From positions 1 through 24,565 of the IMG/VR virus record IMGVR_UViG_3300042350_000451: a stretch of 24,565 nucleotides of DNA, one strand, 5' to 3'. Shown piece after piece: positions 1 through 8,173 of this stretch. Source of the DNA: a virus. Taxonomy: Duplodnaviria > Caudoviricetes. Numbering within the stretch: position 1 is the first letter of the stretch; each line of letters opens with the position of its first letter. The notes beneath the pieces are model-generated. The model was not told the DNA's origin and searched no databases. It saw only the letters and a program-made list of their open reading frames with translations. A program made the translations under genes and the position numbers.

Positions 1-383
1 ATTTTGCACAACTTGATGAAAACAATGTAGTAACACAAGTCATTGTTGTGTCCAACAATGAACTGCTTGACGCTGGTGGTCAAGAACGTGAAGAAATGGG
101 TATTGGTTTTTGCCAAAGATTGTTTGGTGGCAATTGGAAGCAAACATCATACAATCATAACTTCCGTAAACGTTACGCTGGTATTGGATACACATACAAC
201 GCAGAACTTGATGCGTTCGTTCCACCTAAGCCACATGCTTCATGGGTATTAAACAATACCGAAGCATCTTGGGAAGCACCTGTTGCTATGCCAGCAGACG
301 CAGGACAAGGTGATCCACCTAAGGTATATACATGGGATGAAGAAACAGTTTCGTGGAAAGAAGTTGAAACGCAAACTGTTTAA
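1..383 (+). CDS. Conserved phage hypothetical protein, 5'-truncated by the window edge (probably virion/fibre associated)
   Basis: The frame is open from position 3 (FAQLDENNVVTQVIVVSNNELLD...WKQTSYN...FRKRYAGIGYTY...WDEETVSW), upstream of the GTG at 48 used by the ORF track, so the true start lies before the window. A terminator follows. Confidence 0.75.
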   Translation, partial: FAQLDENNVVTQVIVVSNNELLDAGGQEREEMGIGFCQRLFGGNWKQTSYNHNFRKRYAGIGYTYNAELDAFVPPKPHASWVLNNTEASWEAPVAMPADAGQGDPPKVYTWDEETVSWKEVETQTV

Positions 384-405
384 TATTGTTATTCATACGT
401 AAAAC

Positions 406-430
406 AAAACCCCGCTTGTCGGGGTTTTTT
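406..430 (+). terminator. Rho-independent terminator (possibly bidirectional)
   Basis: AAAACCCCG-CTTGT-CGGGGTTTT hairpin ending in a T-run, with an A-run on the 5' side. Confidence 0.85.
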
Positions 431-448
431 ATTAGCGGTACAAGATTG

Positions 449-456
449 ACTAAATA
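449..456 (+). promoter_or_regulatory. Putative T4-type late promoter (ACTAAATA)
   Basis: Variant of the TATAAATA gp55 consensus, lying just after the terminator and about 20 nt before the next start. The same octamer precedes gp18. Confidence 0.6.
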
Positions 457-477
457 CACGATTAGAAGGAGACAATC

Positions 478-813
478 TTGGCGGCATATTCGGAAATTAC
501 GATTGAGCAAGGCGCAAACCTTACATCAACTGTTACAGTAAATGATACACAAGGTGATGCTGTAAATCTCACAACATATTCTGCTTCGGCGCAATTACGC
601 AAATCATATTATTCTTCATCAGCAAATACACTTACAGCAATAATTACTGGTAATGCTAACGGTCAAATTACACTTTCAATGACTGCCGCAAATACATCAA
701 ATCTAACACCAGGTCGTTATGTGTATGATTTGATTATTACAAACTCAACTGATAACTCTGTGACACGTGTAGTAGAAGGCACTGCTGTTGTTCTTCCATC
801 AGTTACGAGGTAA
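478..813 (+). CDS. Small putative virion structural protein (Ser/Thr-rich, beta-rich), TTG start
   Basis: 111 aa with AAGGAG upstream of TTG. Motifs ITIEQGA, AQLRKSY and GRYVYD...TRVVEG...V.P.VTR resemble small conserved proteins in fibre regions of T4-like phages. Confidence 0.65.
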   Translation: MAAYSEITIEQGANLTSTVTVNDTQGDAVNLTTYSASAQLRKSYYSSSANTLTAIITGNANGQITLSMTAANTSNLTPGRYVYDLIITNSTDNSVTRVVEGTAVVLPSVTR

Positions 814-816
814 GTC

Positions 817-1038
817 ATGCCAGATTTAGGTAAAGTTACGGTTTTTCAACCAAACAGAACAACACTTGTATCACCAAACTATAAGCCAAAACCAAACGTA
901 TCATTAGCAGAAATTAATGATGTGTCCACAGAAGGTGTACAAGATGGATACTCTTTAGTGTTTGACTCAGCAAATAATCGTTTTGAAACTAAAATTGCTA
1001 CTACCGTTTTGGGTGCTATTGACGGTGGATTATTCTAA
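817..1038 (+). CDS. Hypothetical protein, fibre-associated
   Basis: 73 aa, tightly packed in the operon. Contains an LxEINDV...DGYSLVFDS segment and ends in DGGLF, both typical of phage fibre-associated proteins. Confidence 0.6.
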   Translation: MPDLGKVTVFQPNRTTLVSPNYKPKPNVSLAEINDVSTEGVQDGYSLVFDSANNRFETKIATTVLGAIDGGLF

Positions 1039-1047
1039 GAATTACAA

Positions 1048-4000
1048 ATGTCAAATACATCAATTCAAATAAAGCGTTCGCTAACGACAAACACGCCAGC
1101 GTCACTGAACATTGGTGAACCGGCGTATTCGTATAGCAGTAATACATTATTCATTGGCTCACCAAGTGAAGACGGTGCTATTGCCATTGGTGGTCACGAT
1201 TCTTATCTTCGTGGCATTACATCATATGATCAGTCTAACTTAGCGTTTCGTACCGCAAATGCCGCTTCTATTCGTGCCAATAATTCGTTAAATGCTAACG
1301 TTGGTGGTACAATTACTGGCGATGTTCTGATTCAAGGTAATCTGAATATTATTGGTGGTTCAATTGGTGCTAATGTTCCTGTCGTATTGATTGGTGATAA
1401 TATCATCACATTGAATACAGCAATCAGTCAGTCGGGTCAACCGACAATGAACGCTGGTATTGAAATTGATCGTGGAGCACAACCAAACGTTTATTTGCTC
1501 TGGAACGAAACACTTGATAGATGGCAGTTTACAAATGACGGCACAAGCTACGATGACTTAGGTGGTTCAGCAACAGCATCATACGCAAACTCTGCTTTCA
1601 TAAAAGCGAATGCTTCATTCGACCATGCTAACGCATCTTATCTTTCACAGAATGCGACTGGTCAGTATGCGAACTCAGCATTTATTCAAGCAAACGCAGC
1701 ATTCATCCATTCGAATTCAGCATACATTTTTGCGAATGCTAATTTTTATCATGCGAACTCTGGATTTGATCATGCGAATTCGGCATTTTTCAAAGCCAAT
1801 GCTTCGTTCATCAGTCAAAACTCTACTGGTGAATATGCAAATGCAGCGTTCACTTTGGCAAATGGCGCATTCATTCATGCTAACTCAGGTTTCATACAAG
1901 CGAATGCTGCTTATCAGTCACAGAATGCTACAGGCAATGTAGCTAATGCTGCTTTTGCAAATGCTAATGGTGCTTTTGCCGCTGCGAATGCTGCTTTCGC
2001 AAACGCTAATGGTGCTTTTGCTTCGGCCAATGCGGCATACATTCAGGCAAACTCAGGATTCATAAAAACAAATGCTGCGTTTGATCATGCCAATGCTGCC
2101 TTTGCTTCAGCAAATAACGTAGCACCACAAGTACAACCAGCATTTAACACTGCGAATGCGGCGTTTATACATGCGAACTCTGGATTCATTCAAGCAAACT
2201 CAAGTTTCAATCACGCTAACTCTGCGTTCGCAAATGCCAACGGTGCGTTCGCAAGAGCCAACGCTGCCTTTGCGAATGCTAATGGTGCTTTTGCTTCATC
2301 CAATGCGGCGTTCAATACTGCTAATGCTGCGTTCATTCGTGCGAATAATTCATTAAACGCAAACGTTGGTGGTCAAGTTACAGGTGATGTTACAATTGTC
2401 GGTAACGTTACATCCAACACACTGACAACAACAGGTTCAAATGGCAGCATCACAGGCGCCAATGCTATTTTTGCGAATTATGTTTTTGCTGCGAATAGTA
2501 ACGTAGACTTATACATTTACTCTTCTAACGCATATGCGAATGCTAACGCTGGTCTTGCGATGGCTAATGCTTCTTTCGCAAATGCTAACGGTGCTTTTGC
2601 TAAATCAAATGCGGCATATGATCACGCAAACTCAGCACTAATTCATGCCAACTCTGGTTTTGGTCACGCTAATGCTGCTTTTGCAAATGCCAACGGTGCT
2701 TTTGCTGCTGCTAATGCTGCTTATATTCAAGCAAACTCAGCATTCATACAGACCAACTCAGCATTTGATCATGCCAATGCTGCTTATCTGTCGCAAAATG
2801 CTACAGGTCAATATGCCAATGCCGCTTTTGTACATGCGAATAGTTCATTCATTCATGTGAACAGTAGTTTCATTGAAGCAAATGCGGCATTTGCTCATGC
2901 TAATGCTGGTTACAGTCAAGCCAATACTGGAACAACATTAGCACAAGCAGCATTCGATAATTCAAATACTAAGTTTAGTTCGGCTGGTGGTACAATTTCA
3001 GGTAATGTAACAATTCAAAATGATCTGAGTGTTTTAGGTAATGTTAATTTTGTAGGTAACGTTACTTCGATAACCGTTACTGGTAATAGTGGTCAATTTT
3101 TCGGCTACGCATCAAATGGACACAATGCTTTATACGCAGGTATTCCAACTGGATACGACTATCAACCATTCACAGTATTTCAAGCCTCTGCGAATTATGA
3201 TGGTTACTCACAGATAAACATTCAAAACATTAGTAATGGTCCTGATGCGTCTGGTGATTATGTTGCTACTGCTGATAACGGTACTGAAGATGATACTTAC
3301 ATCGACATGGGTATTGGTAGCAGTCAGCATTCTGATCCTGAATTCACATTAGTTGGAATTAATGATGGTTATCTGTACACACATGGCAACACATCAACTG
3401 GTGGTGGTGATCTTGTAGTTGGCACATTCTTACCTCAAAATGACGTAATATTTGCTGCTGGTGGCATGAACGAAGAAAATGAACAGATGCGTATCATCGG
3501 TTCAAGTAACACCATTAACATTCGTGCCAATGTAGATATAAGTCTTTCAAAGAGTGTTCTTCTAGGACCAATTTCGAATATTCACATTACTGGTGGTTCC
3601 GACGATGATTATATTAGAACCGATGGTGCTGGTAATTTAACATTCACAAATCTAACTTCTGCAAATGTAATTAAAGTTTTATACAACACAACAAACGCAT
3701 CATTCATTGCTGCTAATTCTGGCTTTATTCAAGCTAATGCTTCATTTGATCATGCCAATGCCGCCTTTGCTGCCGCTAATAATGTAACACCACAGGTTCA
3801 ACCTGCGTTTAATACTGCTAATGCTGCGTTCATTCATGCTAACGCATCGTTCGATAAAGCAAATAATGCTGATGCGAATGCCTTGTCTTCTGGTGTATAC
3901 GCTAACAGTGCTTTTGTACACGCTAATGCCGCCTTTGCTGCTGCGAATAATGTAACACCGCAAGTACAACCAGCATTTAATACGGCAAACTCAGCATTTG

Positions 4001-5817
4001 TACAAGCCAACGCATCGTTTGATCATGCCAATGCTGCGTTTGCTGCTGCCAATAATGTAGCACCACAAGTACAGCCTTCATTTGATACTGCTAATGCTGC
4101 GTTTATTCAAGCTAATTTGTCATTCAATCATGCTAATGCTGGGTTTGATAAAGCAAATACTGCCGATATAAATGCGCTGTCTGCCGGTTCATATGCTAAC
4201 AGTGGATTTATTCATGCTAACTCTGCGTTTGATAAAGCAAATAATGCTGATGCGAATGCTCTGTCTGCTGGTTCTTATGCCAATGCTGCGTTTGCTGCTG
4301 CCAATAATGTAGCACCTCAAGTACAGCCTTCATTTGATACTGCCAATGCTGCGTTTATTCAAGCCAACGGTGCGTTTATTCATGCGAACTCAGCGTATGC
4401 TGATTTGAATACAATATCGATTTACGCTAACACACCAAGTTATACAGCAAACTCTGCTGCGATTTATGCTAATGGCGCATTTGCTCAGGCAAACGTAGCA
4501 AATGCTGATGCCTTCTCAGCAGGCAACTATGCGAATGCTGCGTTTATTATTGCTAACTCTGGATTCATACAAGCAAACTCAGCATTCTTCCACGGCAACT
4601 CCGCATTTGGTCATGCTAACGGTGCTTTTGATGCGGCAAACTCTGGCGGCATATATGCTAACGGTTCATTTGCGACTGCTAACTCAGGTAGTCAGTATGC
4701 GAACTCAGCATTTGTTCATGCGAACAGTGGATTCATACAAGCAAACGCATCGTTCATAGTTGCAAATGCTACGACACTTCAAGCTAATGCTGTATTCATT
4801 GTAGCAAATGCCTCTTCGTTGCAAGCCAATGCGGCATTTGACCATGCCAATGCTGCTTTTGCTTCAGCAAACAATGTGGCACCACAAGTACAACCAGCAT
4901 TCAACACGGCTAATGCTGCGTTTATTCAAGCTAATGCTGCGTTTAATAAAGCGAATACTGGTGCTAATGCTGAAGTAAGCAGCTTTACTACAACATCAAA
5001 TGGTGCTGTTTCTACCTATGCTTTAGGATTTACACCAGCATCTAATACGGCAGTAATTGTTTCGATTGGTGGTATTGTACAGACTGAATTGGCCGACTAT
5101 GAAATAAATCGTTCAAACAATTCGATTTCATTCAATGAGCCTCCGCCTGCTGGAGAATCTATCCGTGTAGCAGGATTTAATAATGTAAACCTTTATACTC
5201 TTGATGTTGCAAACTCGGCTGGTGCTGTCGTGGTTTCTTACAATGGTATAGGTGATGGTTCAACACAAGCATTCAACATTGGATTTAGACCAGAATCGGG
5301 TAACGCAATTTTTGTTTCAATTGGTGGACTTCTTCAGCCTGAAACGGCATATTCTGTCACACCATCTACCAATACTGTAACTTTTACAACTGCTCCTGGT
5401 AGTGGTGAAAATATTCGTGTCGTTGGATATGATAAAGTAAACCCATACTTCATTCAGTATGTTTCTTCAAATGTTTCTGTCTCAGTATTTGAAACTACTG
5501 CTAATGGAACTGTTGATACATTTAACTTAGGATTTAATCCTCAAGCACGTGAGGTCTTGATTGTCACAATCGATGGTGTTGTTCAACCAATAACAGCATA
5601 TACGGTTAACACATCACAACAAACAATTACATTTGACGATACCCCAGCTAATGGTGAACTGGTTCGTGCCATTACACTTTACACAACAGCAAATGCTTTT
5701 GTTACGCCTGATGGTAGTATAACAGCATCAAAATTGAGTCCGTCACTCAATACGGCTATTCAATCTGCTGCTTCAACTGGAAAAGCAATAGCGATGTCTA
5801 TTGTATTCGGAGGTTAA
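1048..5817 (+). CDS. Long fibre protein (tail/collar fibre or fibritin-position protein) with Ala-Asn heptad repeats
   Basis: 1589 aa. N-terminal IQIKRS...GEPAYSY fibre-attachment-type motif, three long blocks of A-N-x-x-F/Y-x-x heptads, a central globular segment, three C-terminal ~75-aa beta repeats, and a GKAIAMSIVFGG end. It lies shortly upstream of gp13. Confidence 0.75.
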   Translation: MSNTSIQIKRSLTTNTPASLNIGEPAYSYSSNTLFIGSPSEDGAIAIGGHDSYLRGITSYDQSNLAFRTANAASIRANNSLNANVGGTITGDVLIQGNLNIIGGSIGANVPVVLIGDNIITLNTAISQSGQPTMNAGIEIDRGAQPNVYLLWNETLDRWQFTNDGTSYDDLGGSATASYANSAFIKANASFDHANASYLSQNATGQYANSAFIQANAAFIHSNSAYIFANANFYHANSGFDHANSAFFKANASFISQNSTGEYANAAFTLANGAFIHANSGFIQANAAYQSQNATGNVANAAFANANGAFAAANAAFANANGAFASANAAYIQANSGFIKTNAAFDHANAAFASANNVAPQVQPAFNTANAAFIHANSGFIQANSSFNHANSAFANANGAFARANAAFANANGAFASSNAAFNTANAAFIRANNSLNANVGGQVTGDVTIVGNVTSNTLTTTGSNGSITGANAIFANYVFAANSNVDLYIYSSNAYANANAGLAMANASFANANGAFAKSNAAYDHANSALIHANSGFGHANAAFANANGAFAAANAAYIQANSAFIQTNSAFDHANAAYLSQNATGQYANAAFVHANSSFIHVNSSFIEANAAFAHANAGYSQANTGTTLAQAAFDNSNTKFSSAGGTISGNVTIQNDLSVLGNVNFVGNVTSITVTGNSGQFFGYASNGHNALYAGIPTGYDYQPFTVFQASANYDGYSQINIQNISNGPDASGDYVATADNGTEDDTYIDMGIGSSQHSDPEFTLVGINDGYLYTHGNTSTGGGDLVVGTFLPQNDVIFAAGGMNEENEQMRIIGSSNTINIRANVDISLSKSVLLGPISNIHITGGSDDDYIRTDGAGNLTFTNLTSANVIKVLYNTTNASFIAANSGFIQANASFDHANAAFAAANNVTPQVQPAFNTANAAFIHANASFDKANNADANALSSGVYANSAFVHANAAFAAANNVTPQVQPAFNTANSAFVQANASFDHANAAFAAANNVAPQVQPSFDTANAAFIQANLSFNHANAGFDKANTADINALSAGSYANSGFIHANSAFDKANNADANALSAGSYANAAFAAANNVAPQVQPSFDTANAAFIQANGAFIHANSAYADLNTISIYANTPSYTANSAAIYANGAFAQANVANADAFSAGNYANAAFIIANSGFIQANSAFFHGNSAFGHANGAFDAANSGGIYANGSFATANSGSQYANSAFVHANSGFIQANASFIVANATTLQANAVFIVANASSLQANAAFDHANAAFASANNVAPQVQPAFNTANAAFIQANAAFNKANTGANAEVSSFTTTSNGAVSTYALGFTPASNTAVIVSIGGIVQTELADYEINRSNNSISFNEPPPAGESIRVAGFNNVNLYTLDVANSAGAVVVSYNGIGDGSTQAFNIGFRPESGNAIFVSIGGLLQPETAYSVTPSTNTVTFTTAPGSGENIRVVGYDKVNPYFIQYVSSNVSVSVFETTANGTVDTFNLGFNPQAREVLIVTIDGVVQPITAYTVNTSQQTITFDDTPANGELVRAITLYTTANAFVTPDGSITASKLSPSLNTAIQSAASTGKAIAMSIVFGG
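1582..4960 (+). repeat. Degenerate 21-bp (7-codon) coding repeats in three blocks (~1582-2350, ~2524-2970, ~3690-4960)
   Basis: The translation shows continuous ANAAFxx/ANSGFIQ/ANASFDH units. The interrupting unit NNV(A/T)PQVQP(A/S)F(N/D)T occurs six times. Confidence 0.9.
4025..4364 (+). repeat. 88-bp near-identical direct repeat (4025-4112 and 4277-4364) inside the fibre gene
   Basis: atgccaatgctgcgtttgctgctgccaataatgtagcacc(a/t)caagtacagccttcatttgatactgc(t/c)aatgctgcgtttattcaagc. There are 2 mismatches, and the offset is 252 bp = 84 codons. Confidence 0.9.
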
Positions 5818-5822
5818 TTAAA

Positions 5823-6053
5823 ATGGTACAAAAAGTAGGTACCGGTCTTATTAGAACAAATACCATAACAGGTAATCTGATGACAGGTGGTGCTGTTTCA
5901 GGTAACAATATTGTTTCAAATGCTGTTCGTGGTAACAATATTGTCGCCGGCACAATCACAGGAAATTTGATTGCGAATGATACCATTAGTGGTAGTTCAA
6001 TATCATCACCTCCAGATATTTTTGATGATGTATTTTTATTTGGTGGAATGTAA
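5823..6053 (+). CDS. Small repeat-containing hypothetical protein (fibre-associated)
   Basis: 76 aa with ~10-residue repeats (ITGNLMTGGA/VSGNNIVSNA/VRGNNIVAGT/ITGNLIANDT), ending in FLFGGM. Confidence 0.65.
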   Translation: MVQKVGTGLIRTNTITGNLMTGGAVSGNNIVSNAVRGNNIVAGTITGNLIANDTISGSSISSPPDIFDDVFLFGGM

Positions 6054-6056
6054 ATA
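6049..6056 (+). promoter_or_regulatory. Possible late promoter variant (TGTAAATA)
   Basis: One mismatch to TATAAATA, overlapping the upstream stop codon, about 20 nt before the next ATG. Confidence 0.4.
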
Positions 6057-6076
6057 AGTTTATTGGATACTAAAAC

Positions 6077-6658
6077 ATGACTCAACAGTTTTTACAAACA
6101 GGTAGAATTGCAAACACGGCTGTCACATCAGATAAGATAGCGAATACAGCAATTACATCAGATAAGATAGCAAACTCCGCAGTTACGGTTGATAAAATAG
6201 TTAATTCTTCTATTACTTCACCTAAATTGTCGTCTAACTTATCTGTCTCCTTGACTAACGTTTTAGAGACTGCAAACATTTATACGACCGCTGTTGGTGG
6301 CAATGTAAACATTGATGTTCTAAACAATACAGTTTATTTCTTTTCTTCAAACACTACCGCAAATGTGACGTTTAATTTTAGAGGAAATGGCGCAGTCACA
6401 CTTCAAAATACGATTTCTATAGGACAATCTATTTCGTCTGCTATATTGCTCAAGCAAAGTGCAAACACTTTTAGAGCAAATGTTCATGTTGATGGAAGTT
6501 TGGTAAGACCTCTTTGGGCTTCTAATTCAGCACCCGCTTACATAGCAGGAACAAATGAATCAACTGACTTGTATGTGTTTAATATAATTCGAACAGGCAC
6601 TAGCACATATACAATATTAGCTTCAAATACAAAATTTTCAGCGGCGTTAGGACAGTAA
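6077..6658 (+). CDS. Hypothetical virion protein, paralog A
   Basis: 193 aa with N-terminal IANTAVTSDK decapeptide repeats and a C-terminal beta-rich domain shared with the next ORF. Confidence 0.7.
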   Translation: MTQQFLQTGRIANTAVTSDKIANTAITSDKIANSAVTVDKIVNSSITSPKLSSNLSVSLTNVLETANIYTTAVGGNVNIDVLNNTVYFFSSNTTANVTFNFRGNGAVTLQNTISIGQSISSAILLKQSANTFRANVHVDGSLVRPLWASNSAPAYIAGTNESTDLYVFNIIRTGTSTYTILASNTKFSAALGQ

Positions 6659-6661
6659 ACT

Positions 6662-7216
6662 ATGACACAAAGAATCGGTTCAACCAGAATTGCGAATACT
6701 TCTATAACTGGCCAAAAGTTAGCTGACAATTCAGTTCGTGCTAATAATATTGTTGCTGGTCAAATTTCTGGCAATACACTTGCATCTAATCTACATATAT
6801 CTTTATCACAAGCACTTGAATCGGCGAACATATTTGCGACAGCAGTTGGTGGTAATGTAAACATTGATTTAGAAAATAATACTTTGTATTTCTTTTCGTC
6901 AAACACTACTGCAAATGTGACCTTTAATTTAAGAGCAAACACACAAAATACTCTTGATTCACAATTGTTAACCGGACAGTCAATCACTGCTGGTATTTTA
7001 TTGAAACAAGGTGCAACAAGATATCGTGCAAACGTATACATTGATGGTACACTACAAACTCCATTTTATTTGGGTAACTCGGCTCCTTCTTTTGCAACAT
7101 CTCAACAAGAATCAATCGATGCTTACGCAATTAATGTGATAAAAACAGCATCGAATACATATACAGTATTGGTGTCAAATTCGAATTTCCAAAGAGCAAC
7201 AAATCAGAATCCATAA
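6662..7216 (+). CDS. Hypothetical virion protein, paralog B
   Basis: 184 aa. Shares ANI(Y/F)xTAVGGNVNIDxxNNTxYFFSSNTTANVTFNxR and ILLKQ...RANVxxDG with the previous ORF. Confidence 0.7.
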   Translation: MTQRIGSTRIANTSITGQKLADNSVRANNIVAGQISGNTLASNLHISLSQALESANIFATAVGGNVNIDLENNTLYFFSSNTTANVTFNLRANTQNTLDSQLLTGQSITAGILLKQGATRYRANVYIDGTLQTPFYLGNSAPSFATSQQESIDAYAINVIKTASNTYTVLVSNSNFQRATNQNP

Positions 7217-7219
7217 CCT

Positions 7220-8173
7220 ATGGCAACTATAAACACAAGACAACAGTTCAAAGATTACTGTCTGCGTAGACTAGGATTTCCAGTCATTGAAATTAACGTT
7301 GACGATGATCAGGTAGATGATCGTATCGATGATGCGTTAAATTTCTGGCGGGATTATCATTACGATGGAACAGAAAAACTGTTCATGAAACATCAAATTA
7401 CTCAAACAGATATTGATCGTCAATGGATTTACTGTCCAGATGCCGTACAATTTGTCACAGGTATTTTTCCGTTTGATCAGTCAAACGCATCGATCAATAT
7501 GTTTGATTTGCGTTATCAGTTGCGTCTACACGACCTTTATGATTTTACATCGGTGTCGTATGTGTCATATGAAATTACGATGCAACATTTACGCACATTG
7601 AATCTTCTATTTTCTGGCACACCTCAATTCAGATTCAATCGTCATCAAAATAAAGTGTTTCTTGATATTGATTGGTCAAGAGATGTTGAGCCGGGAGAAT
7701 GGGTTGTTGTTGAATGCTATCGTACAATTCGACCAGAAACCGTTGTACTGACTGGTACAGTAACAGGCTCACCATCATCAAATACCATTACTGGTTATGG
7801 TACAAAGTTTGATCAAGAGATTGTGCCGTTTGACTTCATTACCATTGGTGGTGAATCGAAGCAAGTTGGTAATATTGAGTCGCCCACAAGTCTGACATTA
7901 GTTGGACCGCCGACATTGACACATAATAATTCGGCAATTCAAATTGAAGGTACAACGGATGTGTGGAATGATCGTTTTCTAAAACAATTGGCCACAGCAA
8001 AAATCAAACAACAATGGGGCAATAATCTCAAAAAGTTTGAAGGTATTCAGATGCCTGGTGGTGTTACATTGAACGGTCAAAAAATTTATGATGAAGCATC
8101 GGAAGAAATAAAAGAAATGGAAGAACAAATTTATATGATGGGTTCACTGCCGTCAGAAATCTTTACTGGCTAA
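7220..8173 (+). CDS. gp13: Neck protein gp13
   Basis: YCLRRLGFPVIEINVDDDQVDDRIDDAL...YHYDG and KQQWGNNLKKFEGIQMPGGVTLNGQKIY motifs; synteny with gp14/gp15. Confidence 0.92.
   Translation: MATINTRQQFKDYCLRRLGFPVIEINVDDDQVDDRIDDALNFWRDYHYDGTEKLFMKHQITQTDIDRQWIYCPDAVQFVTGIFPFDQSNASINMFDLRYQLRLHDLYDFTSVSYVSYEITMQHLRTLNLLFSGTPQFRFNRHQNKVFLDIDWSRDVEPGEWVVVECYRTIRPETVVLTGTVTGSPSSNTITGYGTKFDQEIVPFDFITIGGESKQVGNIESPTSLTLVGPPTLTHNNSAIQIEGTTDVWNDRFLKQLATAKIKQQWGNNLKKFEGIQMPGGVTLNGQKIYDEASEEIKEMEEQIYMMGSLPSEIFTG

Noticed and set aside
446-475. Sigma70 promoter from TTGACT at 446
   Set aside because: No acceptable -10 box at 16-18 bp spacing; the overlapping ACTAAATA late motif explains the site better.
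4025-4364. Near-identical repeat pair as a diversity-generating retroelement TR/VR
   Set aside because: Both copies are in-frame within one gene, the two differences are synonymous and not adenine-specific, and no reverse transcriptase is in the window.
1610-4759. Alternative-frame ORFs inside the fibre gene (1610-1942, 2156-2356, 2645-2860, 3742-3969, 4502-4759)
   Set aside because: They are shadows of the repetitive GCN-AAT codon pattern, with no RBS or recognisable motifs.
1582-4960. Repeat arrays as a CRISPR array or non-coding satellite
   Set aside because: The repeats are degenerate at third codon positions, keep one open frame, and lack a constant repeat/unique spacer structure.
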